A stretch of DNA of 64,000 nt. It comes from Macrostomum lignano (taxonomy: Eukaryota). The DNA is taken from positions 10,536 through 74,535 of the forward strand of contig NIVC01003836.1 in assembly GCA_002269645.1 (NCBI GenBank), written 5' to 3'. This document shows positions 50,851 to 63,072 of this stretch, piece by piece (positions within the stretch are counted from its first letter, which is position 1; each line of letters starts with the position of its first letter). The notes under the pieces are model-generated. The model was not told where the DNA came from, ran no database searches, and was given only the letters and a program-made list of their open reading frames with translations. Made by a program: the position numbers and the translations under genes.

Positions 50851-52125
50851 AAGTCAACGTTTTAGCCCTTTAGCATCTGTTATTATTGCGCTCATCGGAG
50901 TATGGGGGGCTCCGGTTTCAGTCCATGCCGTTTTCAAAGTAAGCAACGATTTCCTCGACGTTAATGTCGAGACGGTCTGTTGAATCTTTCTGAATCTGTT
51001 ATACCCTCTGTATTGAATTTACAGATGTGAGTTCACAGTAATTCAAAGTTACACACAATTGTTATAGACTTGTGACAAAGTGTCCCTGTTTGCAATTCAA
51101 AGTGTTCAACTGTGTCGATTCTCGATTTACGAGAAGTTTCACTCGACTTTAACGCAAAGAGCAGAATGTCCTTTATATCAAATCAAGGCACAAAAGCCTG
51201 ATTCTTGATTCTTTTTCAGCGCGTTAAGCGCCCAGACACCATGCTAGATTGCTGGTGTACTTTTTGCAGGTGAAAAAATGCCTGAAATGTATTACTGTCA
51301 CTGACCTGGATACCTATAAAAATGAATTCGCTCTGAGAGCGGCAGGTAATAATGCGCGCCTAATTCAATGCTATTGTGGCTGTGATTCAACAAAACTTGA
51401 CTACTACAAATACAAAAAAGATTCATACTAAGAGATATTTAAAGTTTAAACAAATAATTCTGTTCGACTTTTTAATTCCATGCAAAAAAAACCGGCATTA
51501 ACTTAAAAAATTATTTTGCAAGAAAGGATGACTTTTTAAGAAAACAAACTTGTGAGTGATAGCTAGGGCTAAATTTTTTCGAAGAAAAATCCAAGCTAAC
51601 TTGCATTTCTTGTTAAAGCAAAGGCAGCAATTTACTCGGATTTTCCGAGAAAAATCTTGCCTCCAAGACAGTGTACAAGCGGTCGATTTTCCAGTGTACA
51701 TTTCCGATGCACTCTCTCTCTCTCTCTGCCCCTACTCTTTTGGGTGAACAGTTCAGCTGTGTGGAAAGCATGGAAATGCGTGTGACGTTTCCTCTACGTT
51801 GCTAATCTGTCTCTTCTCTTTTGTGCAGGACCTAACCGTAGTTCACAGTGCGGCCCCGATGTACACGTAGCTTGTATAAAACAAGCAGCGAAAATCCCTG
51901 TTTACTTTTTGCCTTATTTTTCTCTCTGCAGGCGCAGCACAACATGGCTGCGTTTCCAACTCTTGGTAAGTATAGTGCGTTTTGGAATGAAACCTCTTAA
52001 GACACATATGCATATAAAAGCACTATAGCATCTAATATAAGTCAGTTCACTTAACCTACTCATCTTTCATTGACCCATTCCTACAGGCTGAATACAAACT
52101 AGGTCGCAGAGGTGACCGGTCTGAC

Positions 52126-52567
52126 AAGCGGTGACCAAATATGGCGCGCCTGACATCGCCCGCTTTCTCAGCTCCGATCTCTGCGCCGCCGCGCCTATAC
52201 TTCGCATTTGGTTTCTCCGACTGACCCGGAGTCGGCGGAGACGCCCAGAAAGTGCTCAGCTGCGAGCCGACCGCGGCGCGCACGCGCGCGCCCCACCCAC
52301 TACCGGCCAAGACATGGATTGGCAACGGTGGGTGGGGCGCGCGCGCACGCGCCGCAGTCAGCTCACAGCTGCCACTTTCTGGGCGTTTCCGACGACTCTG
52401 GGTTGCTTGTGACGCTTCGCACTCAGTGCGACGACTGATCCCCAGTCGGAGAGGCTGGCTACGGCTCGTCTGAAATCTGAATGGAATGCGCAGGTGAGGA
52501 TGCGGCCGCAGAGATCGGATCTGAGCAAGCGAGGCGCTGTCAGGCGCGCCATATTTGGTGGCCGCTT
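52126..52567. repeat. GC-rich ~440-bp inverted repeat (long imperfect hairpin)
   Basis: ccaaatatggcgcgcctgaca..ctcag.tccgatctctgcg pairs with cgcagagatcgga.ctgag..tgtcaggcgcgccatatttgg. The inner stem closes on an 8-nt loop at 52311-52318. Confidence 0.88.
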
Positions 52568-52820
52568 TCGGGCATGGCCGATCCAAGGTTGCCGCCTGCG
52601 GCGGGCTCGGCCGGGGGCTGTCAAAAAGTTCAGTAGTCAAACTCGAATTTTGGCCAGCTAGCTGGATACTTGATAGACTAGTTAAGGCAACCCCCCGGAT
52701 CGAAGCTCGCACGCCGGACTGGCAAATTCTTGGCGGCCGCCGTCTACAGCCAACAAGATCGGCTCTGAAGGCGGGGAATCCGATGGCGATCAGCTGTATT
52801 CGTGAAGCCAGTAACTCAGC

Positions 52821-53378
52821 ATGTTCCCAATCGTATTAAGCACTAATGAGACCTATATTAGACGACTCGGCGACAAGTACGAGTGCACCTCTGCTGTCCA
52901 AGTGCGCTACTCACTCGATCAGCAAGTTGCATGCTTCCTCTTCCATCTGGACGATGAGGCGAGCGGAGAGCTTAGAAAGGTTCGCATGTACCACGCCTGG
53001 TGCAGCGAGCTGGACAGGAAGACGAAGCCCAACTTTACTGTGCGAGTACCGGCACGAGTGCACAAGCACTGCAAGGTGTACGCCGTGGCTGTCAAGTTCA
53101 AGGACCCGCAGAGCTGGCTAAAGTTTCAGCCGGACATGGAGAGGGACCGTCAGCAGCTGGAAAGCAGCGGCGCCTACCACTGCTGGGAGCTGCTGCCAGA
53201 AGGCAAAGTCTGCAACACGGCATCCAAAGACGAGAAAGATTATCCGTGCCCGATGATAATTGCCGCCATGATTGCCGAGAACTATCAAAGCCTGCGGTTG
53301 GACTTGTACACTGACGCCACTTGTGTATTCGTCCCTTCGTCTGATTCGGTCGATAACAGTAGTATATGCGCGAGTTAG
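52821..53378 (+). CDS. Orphan protein B (185 aa), paralogue of 50326-50850
   Basis: Intronless ORF; in-frame stops upstream fix the ATG; AATAAA at about 53488. Confidence 0.8.
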   Translation: MFPIVLSTNETYIRRLGDKYECTSAVQVRYSLDQQVACFLFHLDDEASGELRKVRMYHAWCSELDRKTKPNFTVRVPARVHKHCKVYAVAVKFKDPQSWLKFQPDMERDRQQLESSGAYHCWELLPEGKVCNTASKDEKDYPCPMIIAAMIAENYQSLRLDLYTDATCVFVPSSDSVDNSSICAS

Positions 53379-53774
53379 CTTAGCCTACTTAGATTCCCCA
53401 ATTTGTTCTGTACTGATACTGTACTCGTAGTATAATTTCTGCAGTATACATATTATATATAATGTTGTTTAATGCAAAAGAAGCAAAAATAAAACAATAT
53501 TAGCTACAAGTGCTTCATTTTAATCAATGGTTTTTTCAGACGAACAGCTAAAAAATGAAGTTCGAATGGTTTCTTTATTAAAAAATGAACACAGGATAAA
53601 TAATAACACAACAAACTTGTATTCAAATTATTGGAACAAGCATTTGTTCATTATTAAACATAAAAGTATATAGCAGTACAATGCTACTCGTACTGAATTA
53701 GACGATTGGTTAAATTATGAATTGTAAAAAAGTCTATAACTACAGATTAAATTGGTTCACTCAAATTAACTTGT

Positions 53775-54545
53775 TCATTCAGACGGAGGGTTACTGACCC
53801 ATCCATTCAGACGGAGGGTTACTGACCCATCCATTCAAACGGAGGGTTACTGACCCATCCATTCAGACGGAGGGTTACTGACCCATCCATTCAAACGGAG
53901 GGTTACTGACCCATCCATTCAAACGGAGGGTTACTGACCCATCCATTCAGACGGAGGGTTACTGACCTATCCATTCAGACGGAGGGTTACTGACCCATCC
54001 ATTCAGACGGAGGGTTACTGACCCATCCATTCAGACGGAGGGTTACTGACCCATCCATTCAGACGGAGGGTTACTGACCCATCCATTCAGACGGAGGGTT
54101 ACTGACCCATCCATTCAGACGGAGGGTTACTGACCCATCCATTCAGACGGAAGGTTACTGACCCATCCATTCAGACGGAGGGTTACTGACCCATCCATTC
54201 ACATTGAGGGTTACTGACCCATCCATTCAGACTGAGGGTTACTGACCCATCTATTCACATTGAGGGTTACTGACCCATCCATTCACATTGAGGGTTACTG
54301 ACCCATCCATTCACATTGAGGGTTACTGACCCATCCATTCAGACGGAGGGTTACTGACCTATCCATTCAGACGGAGGGTTACTGACCCATCCATTCAGAC
54401 GGAGGGTTACTGACCTATCGATTCAGACTGAGGGTTACTGAACTATCCATTCAGACTGAGGGTTACTGACCCATCCATTCAGACTGAGGGTTACTGAACT
54501 ATCCATTCAGACGAAGGGTTACTGACCCATCCATTCAGACGGAGA
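53775..54545. repeat. 28-bp minisatellite (gacggagggttactgacccatccattca)
   Basis: About 27 contiguous units, each with a GGGT-tactg-ACCC mini-hairpin; no spacers. Confidence 0.95.
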
Positions 54546-54656
54546 GTTGCTGACCTAAAAATGATATATTGACCAGCGATAGACATAATGCAGTTGAAAT
54601 GAAAACAATGGAAAGCATGGATCACAGGGAAATCAATATCAGCTGACGCTCGCGCA

Positions 54657-55127
54657 TCACAGCTTGTCGTCCCGATGCCGCCAGGAGTCCTCAACAATGC
54701 GGCTCACCCGCTCAGTGTACTCCCGACAGTTATTGGTGAGCAGCTCCGCTGCGGCCATGTTGGCTGGCGAGTGTGGATTCGGATCGCCTAGCAACGACTG
54801 CAGGGAGGTCAGCACGGCGCGTACATCGTATGAGGTGCTCCATTGGTTCTGCAGGATGTCCAAGCAGATGGAGCCGTCAGCGTACACATTCGGATGGAAC
54901 ATGGAGGTGAGAAACTTCACGGCTGGCGGCTTGTTCGGATACTCCTCAGTGAAGGTCATGCTGAGCTTGAACACTCCGCCTTCGAATGCGGTGTCGTCTG
55001 GCCCGAGAATGACCGCCTTCCACACCATGATGTTCTCGTCGGTGGGGCAGGCACCAACGCCTGGCGGCGGGTCCTTCTGCATCATCTGTAGGTCTTTCAT
55101 TAGGCGACGCCGGGCGGCTGTTGACAT
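54657..55127 (-). CDS. UBE2A: Divergent Rad6/UBE2A-B-like ubiquitin-conjugating enzyme, intronless CDS (156 aa)
   Basis: [38 protein letters not shown] with the catalytic Cys intact, NPHSPAN. A splice-acceptor-like tract sits just upstream of the ATG. Orthology to the main Rad6 gene is not established. Confidence 0.9.
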   Translation of the reverse strand: MSTAARRRLMKDLQMMQKDPPPGVGACPTDENIMVWKAVILGPDDTAFEGGVFKLSMTFTEEYPNKPPAVKFLTSMFHPNVYADGSICLDILQNQWSTSYDVRAVLTSLQSLLGDPNPHSPANMAAAELLTNNCREYTERVSRIVEDSWRHRDDKL

Positions 55128-55341
55128 GACTCTGGCTGGAGTTTGAGCAAGCCAAATAAAGTGAGTCTTTTGTAATGTCAGAAACTTCTGATTCACTGTC
55201 ATCATGGCTACAGCTGCAGATCATATAACTATTGTATCTGTGGAAAATAGTAATTGCTCTTTTGTTGGTTACCACCATAGAAAAATAAAACTAAATACTA
55301 GCTATAACAGAATCTATTTACATATGGTGAACTGATTAATA

Positions 55342-55690
55342 GGGGGTCATAGCCCAGTGGTCAAGTGTGGCGCTCTGATATGCCAGCAGCCCAGGCTCAA
55401 TTCCAAGTGCAGTCACATTAATTTGGGGCTAAATTGGAATCTTGACTTGGCTCTACTCGTGTAATTAATGCCCTTGAAGGCCAACTGCCAAAGCATAGTA
55501 AAGTGTAGATGCCTAATGATAAATAAAGTTGGGGCTGCTGTAGATTACTAAGTGAGTATTTGCCTGTGTATATGATTGTGTATGTATCTATTCACTTGTA
55601 TGCCTGCTTAGAGGAGTCAGTGGAATGAGCAATAATGCCTCTCACAACTCACTAGGTATTATAGACAATGTCATTTAATGGATAAATTAT
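55342..55690 (+). mobile_element. tRNA-derived SINE, older and more diverged copy
   Basis: TAGCCCAGTGG...GGCTCAATTCC plus the diverged body. Confidence 0.8.
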
Positions 55691-55855
55691 AATTAAAGTG
55701 TCAAATTATAATGAATTAGCCTGGCCATAGCATCTAAGTGCACTATATTTTTATTGCATTTAAAAAACAATTAATCTTGCAAAGGTAAGAAAACTCATAT
55801 TAGGAATATAATGTCAAAAAGTATCCTAGGTAGGTATATCTTGAAATGGTACAAT

Positions 55856-56160
55856 CATACATGCACAACAGGCGGCCAAGTCGGCCGATGCGGCCGACCG
55901 ATTTGGCGGCCAAACAAGGAAGTCGCAAAAAAAGCCCACCCAAAAAATACCCAAGTAGTAGTACTAAGTAGCTGACGAGGCATTTTGACTCAATAAGACA
56001 GTTATAGTTACTCCTGCCGTTTACCCAAAGTAGCGTTAATTTTTCTTTATGCTAGGGTTTTTTTACTTGTAAGTCACATTTTTGGCCAAAAACTATGTCG
56101 CATATTTTTGTTAAAAGGAAGTCGCATGGCCGACCAAATTTTAGAGGTTGCGCATGTATG
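55856..56160. mobile_element. hAT-type MITE (305 bp)
   Basis: TIR catacatgcacaac / catacatgcgcaac (13 of 14). 8-bp TSD GGTACAAT at 55848-55855 and 56161-56168. Confidence 0.9.
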
Positions 56161-57102
56161 GGTACAATAGAATATTATTATTAGTTATTAAGTAAATAAA
56201 ATTCATTATTCAATCAATATTTCTGGTTTTTTTATTGTTTCTTATAATAGACTATTAATGTATACATTTAGGCCATAAACAAAATGTTGCATTTGAATTT
56301 TATTACATTGATAATTAAGCAACATCTTGAATATCCTTCAATTTTTATAGCTTAGATAATTATAGTATGCATAATAGCCTAGCCTTGATAAATGTTTATA
56401 TTTCCTTTGTATAATTGATTTGGTAAGAAAAGATTAGCCAAAACTAATGTTCCACCATAGTTACGGCTACAGCTATAAGATCTTATGGCAAATATAGTAC
56501 AATAAGTGCTTACAATAACTATGGATATAACTATGGTAAATAGCTGCTCTTATGGCTACAACTATGGAAATATGATAGTTTTTGTCACATTCCATAGATT
56601 CTAATAGCCATACTTATTAATAAAAACATAAAAAATGAACATTAGAAACAAGTAAAGTAAAACAAAGATACTTTAGTAAACTCTATTATAGACTTAGAAA
56701 CTTATAGATTATACCTAATAAAATATAATAAAATGCTAGCAAACTCAAACTTTTATTAATGTAAAAAGTTTAACACTAGTACTTTCACTTCAATAGTGAT
56801 TAAGTATTGTTACTCTTTATAAAAAAGATGAAATATAATCTTACAAAGGCAATTGAGTGCTTGTTTTATTTTCTACCTTAATTTGCATTTGTTCACTAGG
56901 TTATCTTTTTAATTCAAAATATTTTGTTTCTTAGACTTTTTGTTAAAACTATAGTTATGGCTATGAGAACTATTATAGGAATATAATAATATTGGGGTCT
57001 TTATGGCTACAGAATACAGAGAATTGGAATAAACCATATTTTATAAGCCATATAAGCCACGGCTACAGCTATGGCACATGGACCCCCCTTATGGCAAAAC
57101 AT

Positions 57103-57507
57103 TAGAGGTCAGATGGGATTGAAATCTTTGGGCGGGATTGGGATCAAGAATAATTTTTTCTTGGGATTGGGATCAGAATCAAGATTCAGGAATTGGGATC
57201 AGGTCTTTTGGTGTATTGTAGTTCATAGGTCCATATAAAGTTAAACAAAATTGAGCAAAAAATGTCAAGATCAAAAGTAAAACAACAAATTGATGCAAAG
57301 TTTTGTAATAAACAAAGTAATAAGATAATGAATATAAGTTAAAACAAAATACATTTAATTTAATCACTAATTCTATAAACTTTTGATCAAAAGACCTATT
57401 CCCAATTCTTATGTTTTTTAGGATCAGGATCCTGGTCCTGCAGGAATACAATTTTCCTTGGGATCCTGGGATTTTGGGATTGGGATCGGGATCCTATCTG
57501 ACCTCTA
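57103..57507. mobile_element. hAT-type MITE (405 bp) with gggatc/gggatt subterminal motifs
   Basis: TIR tagaggtcagatgggat / tagaggtcagataggat (16 of 17). TSD degenerate (5 of 8). Confidence 0.75.
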
Positions 57508-58494
57508 TAGAACACTAACCAAACTATCTATTTTGGCTTTAAAAAGAGACTGCATTTTCCTAATGGCATATTAGCAAGATAGCAATATAGATACTTAACA
57601 AGGTTTGCATTGTATTCAAAGATCATATACTAGGTAATGCAAGTTTTTATTCACTAATGCCTTGCTGCTAATGGCTACCCTGAACTGATAATAGGGCCTA
57701 TCCTTTGTTTTGGTTTTATATTTTCTATGCATATAACTTTGTTTGATTGGTTTTTACCAACATTAAACTGACATTAAAATGTACATAGCTAGTGTACATA
57801 ACAAACTAAACAAATGGCATGATTCCACAATCCACATGCTAGTTGCCTAGTTGTAATGTAGATAAGATGAGATTGAATAGCCCTGGAAAACAATCTGTAC
57901 TTTTATCCTAGCAGATCCTGCCTTACATGATCTTATAGATAGAATAGGCTTATCTGAAGGAGCTTGCAATAATTTTTTCCTTCATGATCTGCTTGCTAGT
58001 AGGCCTATCTGGTTTGAACATGTACAACTCTAACAACTGGTTGAAATTGAAATTGAAATTGAAACAAAACAGTTTTTACTAGGTTTGTAGTTTTAATCTA
58101 ATTTACTAGTTGTTACAATAAAAACCTTATTCTTAAATCAATTATCAAAAATAAAAAAACAATTATCGAGATCACGGTTTAGTCTGGCATGTGGGAACTG
58201 TTATACATGTAATTAATGACTTTTTATTGACAGATACCGGGGATGGGATGGTATACATAGTACAATAGTGACATGGGAGGTTATTTCGGGGAATACTCAC
58301 ATTTAATTTTTAAGACTCATTTAAACTAAAATTCAGACTTTTTTGTTTTTTTCAGCATTTAAAGCTCCCAACACTCTGGCAGGCATAAAATTTTAAAGCA
58401 TATTACAGCACTAATATTAATTAGTGCATATTTAATTAATTAATGCATATTTAAGCTACATAATGTTAATTATGGAAGCATTAGAAAGGTAGCA

Positions 58495-59510
58495 CCGCGG
58501 ATCGCAGCGACTTGTTCTGCTGTCAACAAGCTTTTGACTCCGTCAGTCGAGCGGCCATTGCCTGGCTCCTCCAGCAGCATGGTCGCATGGAATTAGCTGC
58601 TGGTCCAGGGGATCTTGAACCTCTACAGCCAGTCCAAGGCTTTTGTCAAGACTCACTCTACTATGGGCCGGCCTACATTTGAATTGTTGAATTGTATACT
58701 ATGGGTCATCCCCATTTCTATTTGTCATCCTGATCCACTACGTCATGCTGCTGGGGCTGTGGCTATGATAGCCACTTCATAGAGATGGCTATGAAGTGGT
58801 GCCTCGCGGTAGCTAGCTCCCGCTTTCCAGCTTGTAAAAGCTGACCTCTGCCTCGCTTACATGTACGCCGACGACATTGCGCTTACCTGCTGCAACCCCG
58901 AAGCTGCGCAGAGCTGCAAAAAGCGTCGGAGAAAAGGCTGGCTGACGAGGGGAAGCGCGTGGGGCTCCACATCAGCTACGGCAAGACAGCTGGGAGGTAC
59001 ATGTACGCTGCCTTCATTGCCACCTTTCCTCCTGCTTCTGCTTCTACATGGACGGAAACACTATCGCCCCGTGTAATTAACTATGCAGGTTAAATATCTT
59101 GGGCATCCTGGTCACTGATCCGGGTGCCATATTGTCAACAACCGCAATCAGCTGGTTACCTCCCACCAGAAGGTGGCCTCCCATCTTCGCTCCATCTTTA
59201 ACTGCCGGCTCGCCACCGACAGCCTGAATGAAGGTCGCGGCCTATTCCGATTTGGCAGTTGAGACGGCCGGTGCTGACCTACGGGCTGGAGGCTGTATGA
59301 CTGCTCTGCACGATCGTGAGGCAAGCCTGGAGGCCCGGCATCGCCACCTCCTGCGCAATGCCCTGGGCATCCGGTTCCACTATTTTAATTACCCCCTCAG
59401 TCTGCAGCTAGGCTTAAGGCTGGACTCAGCTGGTTTCCACTAGCGGGTGCTCCGCTGACCACCCATGCCAGTGTCTATTTAATAATAATAATTGTAGTAA
59501 TAATAATAAT
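58495..59510 (+). pseudogene. 5'-truncated, degenerate non-LTR retrotransposon (RT relic, RTE-like) with a (TAA)n tail
   Basis: YADDIALTC at 58864 and VKYLG at about 59088, with broken frames. The tail aataataataattgtagtaataataataat lies at about 59480-59510. Confidence 0.75.
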
Positions 59511-60638
59511 GTCGCGACTTTCCTAGTCATTTCTTAGTTCACCTTCACTTGTCTCTGTTTACTGTTTTCTCTCTCTCTGTGTCTAGCTCAATCTTGTTAT
59601 TCTTATCTCTCTCTCCCTTGCTGCCTTCTGATTGGTTCTCCATTCTCGCCTCTCTATTTAGTCGTGCACTCCACCCCCTCTCTTTATTATCTGCAATTCA
59701 AACCCCCTAAGTTAATGTCTGGAAATATACTTGTTTGGGCCCTGCGCCCACTTACTGCTTATCTTAGGTTCAATTTAAATCCAAGTAACTCTCTAGTTGA
59801 GATTAGAGGGAAGAGAGCTGAGAAGAGACATAGACCATCAACGGGGCGGATTGCTATTGTGAAGTTTGAAAAGACCCGGGTGGGGGTCGGATAGAGAAGC
59901 TTCGCGGGTTGGAGTTTGCCGAATCCTGCCCCTTGATGAAAGCGAGATGACCTTCAAATCGACTGCAGACTGTTATGCATCGCAGTTCGACTGCATTAAT
60001 CTTAATCTGACGGTATATTTGGATACAGAGGCTGCCACAGATATGGGTAAATTCAATTTCCAACTGGCAGCTATGTCTCTTTAGTAAAATCAAGACGTGT
60101 GCTTTTTAGGCAAGTCTCTTGTGTACAATCGTACAACCCTGTCTCTCTCATGCCTGATTCTTTATCGCCACGTCTCTCTCCCTCCCGATTCACTTCACAA
60201 TTCGTTCCAAGCAAGCAGGCAGTCAGTATTTCATTGGCTCTGGCAGAATGCTGATTGCACTCGCGGCTTCCAGTAATTCGCAATTTTTGCCTCTCCGTGT
60301 ACTGTACGGAGTGTCCCCCCAGTGCATGCCAGATTGGGGTGGCAGGAGTGCAGAAGTGAACAAGTCATTGCCTGTTCAATCGATGACACTCGTCCCTGTG
60401 CGTCGTCTTCCCTCCACCTCAACGTGCAAAAAAACGTGTCCAGCATGGGTATCAAATCGACTTTACGGACTGTTGCTGTTACAACAGTTACCGATTGAGT
60501 GAAATAGCGCCAGTTTTAACGCCATTAAAGCACGCAATTCGTGAGGTTCGCTACACCTAAGTCTATAATAAACAGTTTTGGCTACAAACTTGGCCCACTG
60601 CTCTGCACACATCAACTAGCAAGACCTGTCCAGTCACC

Positions 60639-62334
60639 ATGGCCATGTCTCGAGCCGACCAGCCATTGAATGCTCAGGCAGAAGCCGGCCGACTTTACAA
60701 GGCTATGAAAGGCCTCGGCACGGATGAGAAAACAATCATTGACGTCATGGCTAGACGACCGTCGCATCAGCGGGCCGAGATCGCGCGCGCCTTCAAGACC
60801 GCCTACGGCAAGGAGCTGGTTGACGCATTCAAGTCTGAGCTCAGTGGCAGTTTCTACAAAACGTGCAAGTCTTTGTGCTACGTGCTCTGCGAGTTTGACG
60901 CAATCTGCCTGCGCGAGGCAATGGAGGTGGGAGTTTTATAGAGTTAAAATCTGTTTTCAGTTCAGATCATCATTCTACGAATACATGTAGTTGACATCAT
61001 TGCATTTGGATTGCTTCACAAGGGCAAGTAGTTATAGCAGTTTTTTTTCAGTAGCAGTCATTAGCAAATTCAATCCTAAATCGAACTAATACATGAGTTG
61101 TAGTTGTATTTATGAAACAGCATCACTTGTTATTCAGTAAAGTAGATTCCCATGAGTATTCTTGAGTAGCCATAATATCAAGTGAATAAAGGTGAAATCT
61201 GTTATTCATATTCGCCAAAATGAAATTGTCAAGACGTGCTTTTGGTTTAAAAAATCTTAAATCTGTACGAAAACATTACGTATTTCTGCGTCCGCAACAG
61301 GGAATTGGAACAGATGAAGAGGCGCTGATAGACATCCTGACGACCAGAAGTAACTATCAGATCAGAGCTATAAAGGAGGCATTTGAGAGACGTGAGTATT
61401 GATACGATGACTACCTGTTCGAATTTGCATAATTTCTAACTATAAATTATTTCCCTAACTTCCACGCTGCACTCGCAGTGTTTCATCGAAACCTGGAGTC
61501 GGACGTTCGATCAGAGACCAGCGGCGACTTCCGCAAGGTGCTGGTGTCACTGCTCACCGCCGGTCGCGAGGAGGGTCCGGTACGGCCGGAAGCGGTGGCT
61601 GCAGACGCTGAGACGCTCTACAGAGCAGGCGAGGGCCGTCTTGGCACAGACGAGGACACCCTGAACCGCCTGCTGTGCAGCCGATCGCCCGCTCACGTCG
61701 CCGCCGTCGCCGATGCTTACAAGAAGAAAAGACATCGCGGCCTACAGGATGCTATCGCAGCGGAGACCAGCGGCGACTATCGCAATGCGTTGTTAAGCGT
61801 CGTCTCATTCGCTGAAGATCCGACCAGGCAAGTTCAATTAAAAAATTCTACGTTGAAGTAGTCTAACTGCTGTCAAATTGCCCTGTGGTTTAGTGTCGGT
61901 TCTGAGGTGACGTGTTAGTCAAGTGGGAAGTGCATGCGGCAGTAGGTAGCGCCACGTGTCCATCTTCTGGCTTTATTTTTAACCCAGTGTTCGGTTTATG
62001 AAGTGACGAATGCTTCGATTTTTGAAATAACCCTTAACTACGAGCCTATTGGCCTTTTAGAAAGAGGTGAATCATCAAAAAAGTATGATTTTAGGTCTAC
62101 GCTGTCTCTTCACCTTGCAGACACGTGGCTGGCATGCTGTACCGCAGCATGAAGGGCGCGGGCACGAACGACAGGCGCCTGCAGCGAACCATAATCGGCT
62201 TCTGCGAGTCTGACATGCCAGCCGTGAAGGCCGCTTTTCAGCGACAGTACGGCGAAAGTCTCGCCGTGATGATCCGTGGCGACACGTCGGGCGACTACGA
62301 GAGAGTTCTGCTGACCCTCATTGGCGATGCTTGA
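60639..62334 (+). CDS. Annexin (4 repeats, about 313 aa)
   Basis: Exons 60639-60926, 61301-61391, 61479-61827 and 62121-62334 (942 nt in frame). Motifs MKGLGTDE, EGIGTDE, GRLGTDE, MKGAGT and three SGD(F/Y). The third intron is GC-AG. Confidence 0.96.
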
Positions 62335-63072
62335 GCTGTCATAAGCCAGTCAGTTTGTTGTGACAAAATATTTATTAGTAGTCACCCATTCCTTAATCAA
62401 ATGACAGTACTTTTCGCTTCTAACTCCAAACCCAGTATAAAATCCATCGCTTTATTCTCGCTTTGCCAGAAGATTTATTCGTTTTAAATTGCTGTCTTAG
62501 TTCTGTTTCTTTGCATCCCCTATCTGTACCAGAAGGCCGAATCGTGAAAATGGTCTGCTGAACAGCGAAAGCGATATAATTGCAACGTCTTTACAAACAT
62601 TATTAATTTGTGTCAAAGAAAATGAACACTACGAGTAAAAGCGCTTCTCAGACAAGCCTTCGATTTGTTTGAATACGGCGGCGAAATGAATAATCGCATC
62701 AAAATAAAGACACTCGCTGTTAACTGTTTTCTGCATGTATTTTGAACAGAGCCTGTAGTCCAGACAACACCGAAACACCCTGTCAGCTACCTAAGAGAAG
62801 TTGTTAAGACACGTCGAAGGCCATAAAACCGTAGCAAGAAAAACCATTTCTACGCGTAATTTATTCCGCAAAAAATCTCACTGATACTACTTAGTTAGTA
62901 CAGAAGTCGGTAGTATGGCCGGATTTGAAGACAGAGAAGCAAATGATACAAAAGAAAATGAAAAGAGGCGGGATTAAGCGAAGAAAACGTTGCGTCACTG
63001 TCAGAACGAAGCAAGTAGCCTTAGAAATAAAAGTACATCGTAAATAAACGACGAAGACCAATTAATTAAATT

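Noticed and set aside
51270-51345. Possible exon VKKCLKC...ALRAA between the orphan genes
   Set aside because: The splice signals are plausible, but it has no in-frame partner exon and no homology.
53775-54545. CRISPR-like array (28-bp hairpin-containing repeat); the 35-bp array at 23590-24000 and the 41-bp arrays were considered likewise
   Set aside because: The units are contiguous with no unique spacers, there are no cas genes, and the context is eukaryotic.
59520-60500. Possible LTR or other element upstream of the annexin gene
   Set aside because: No TG..CA pair, PBS, TIR or coding motif could be supported.
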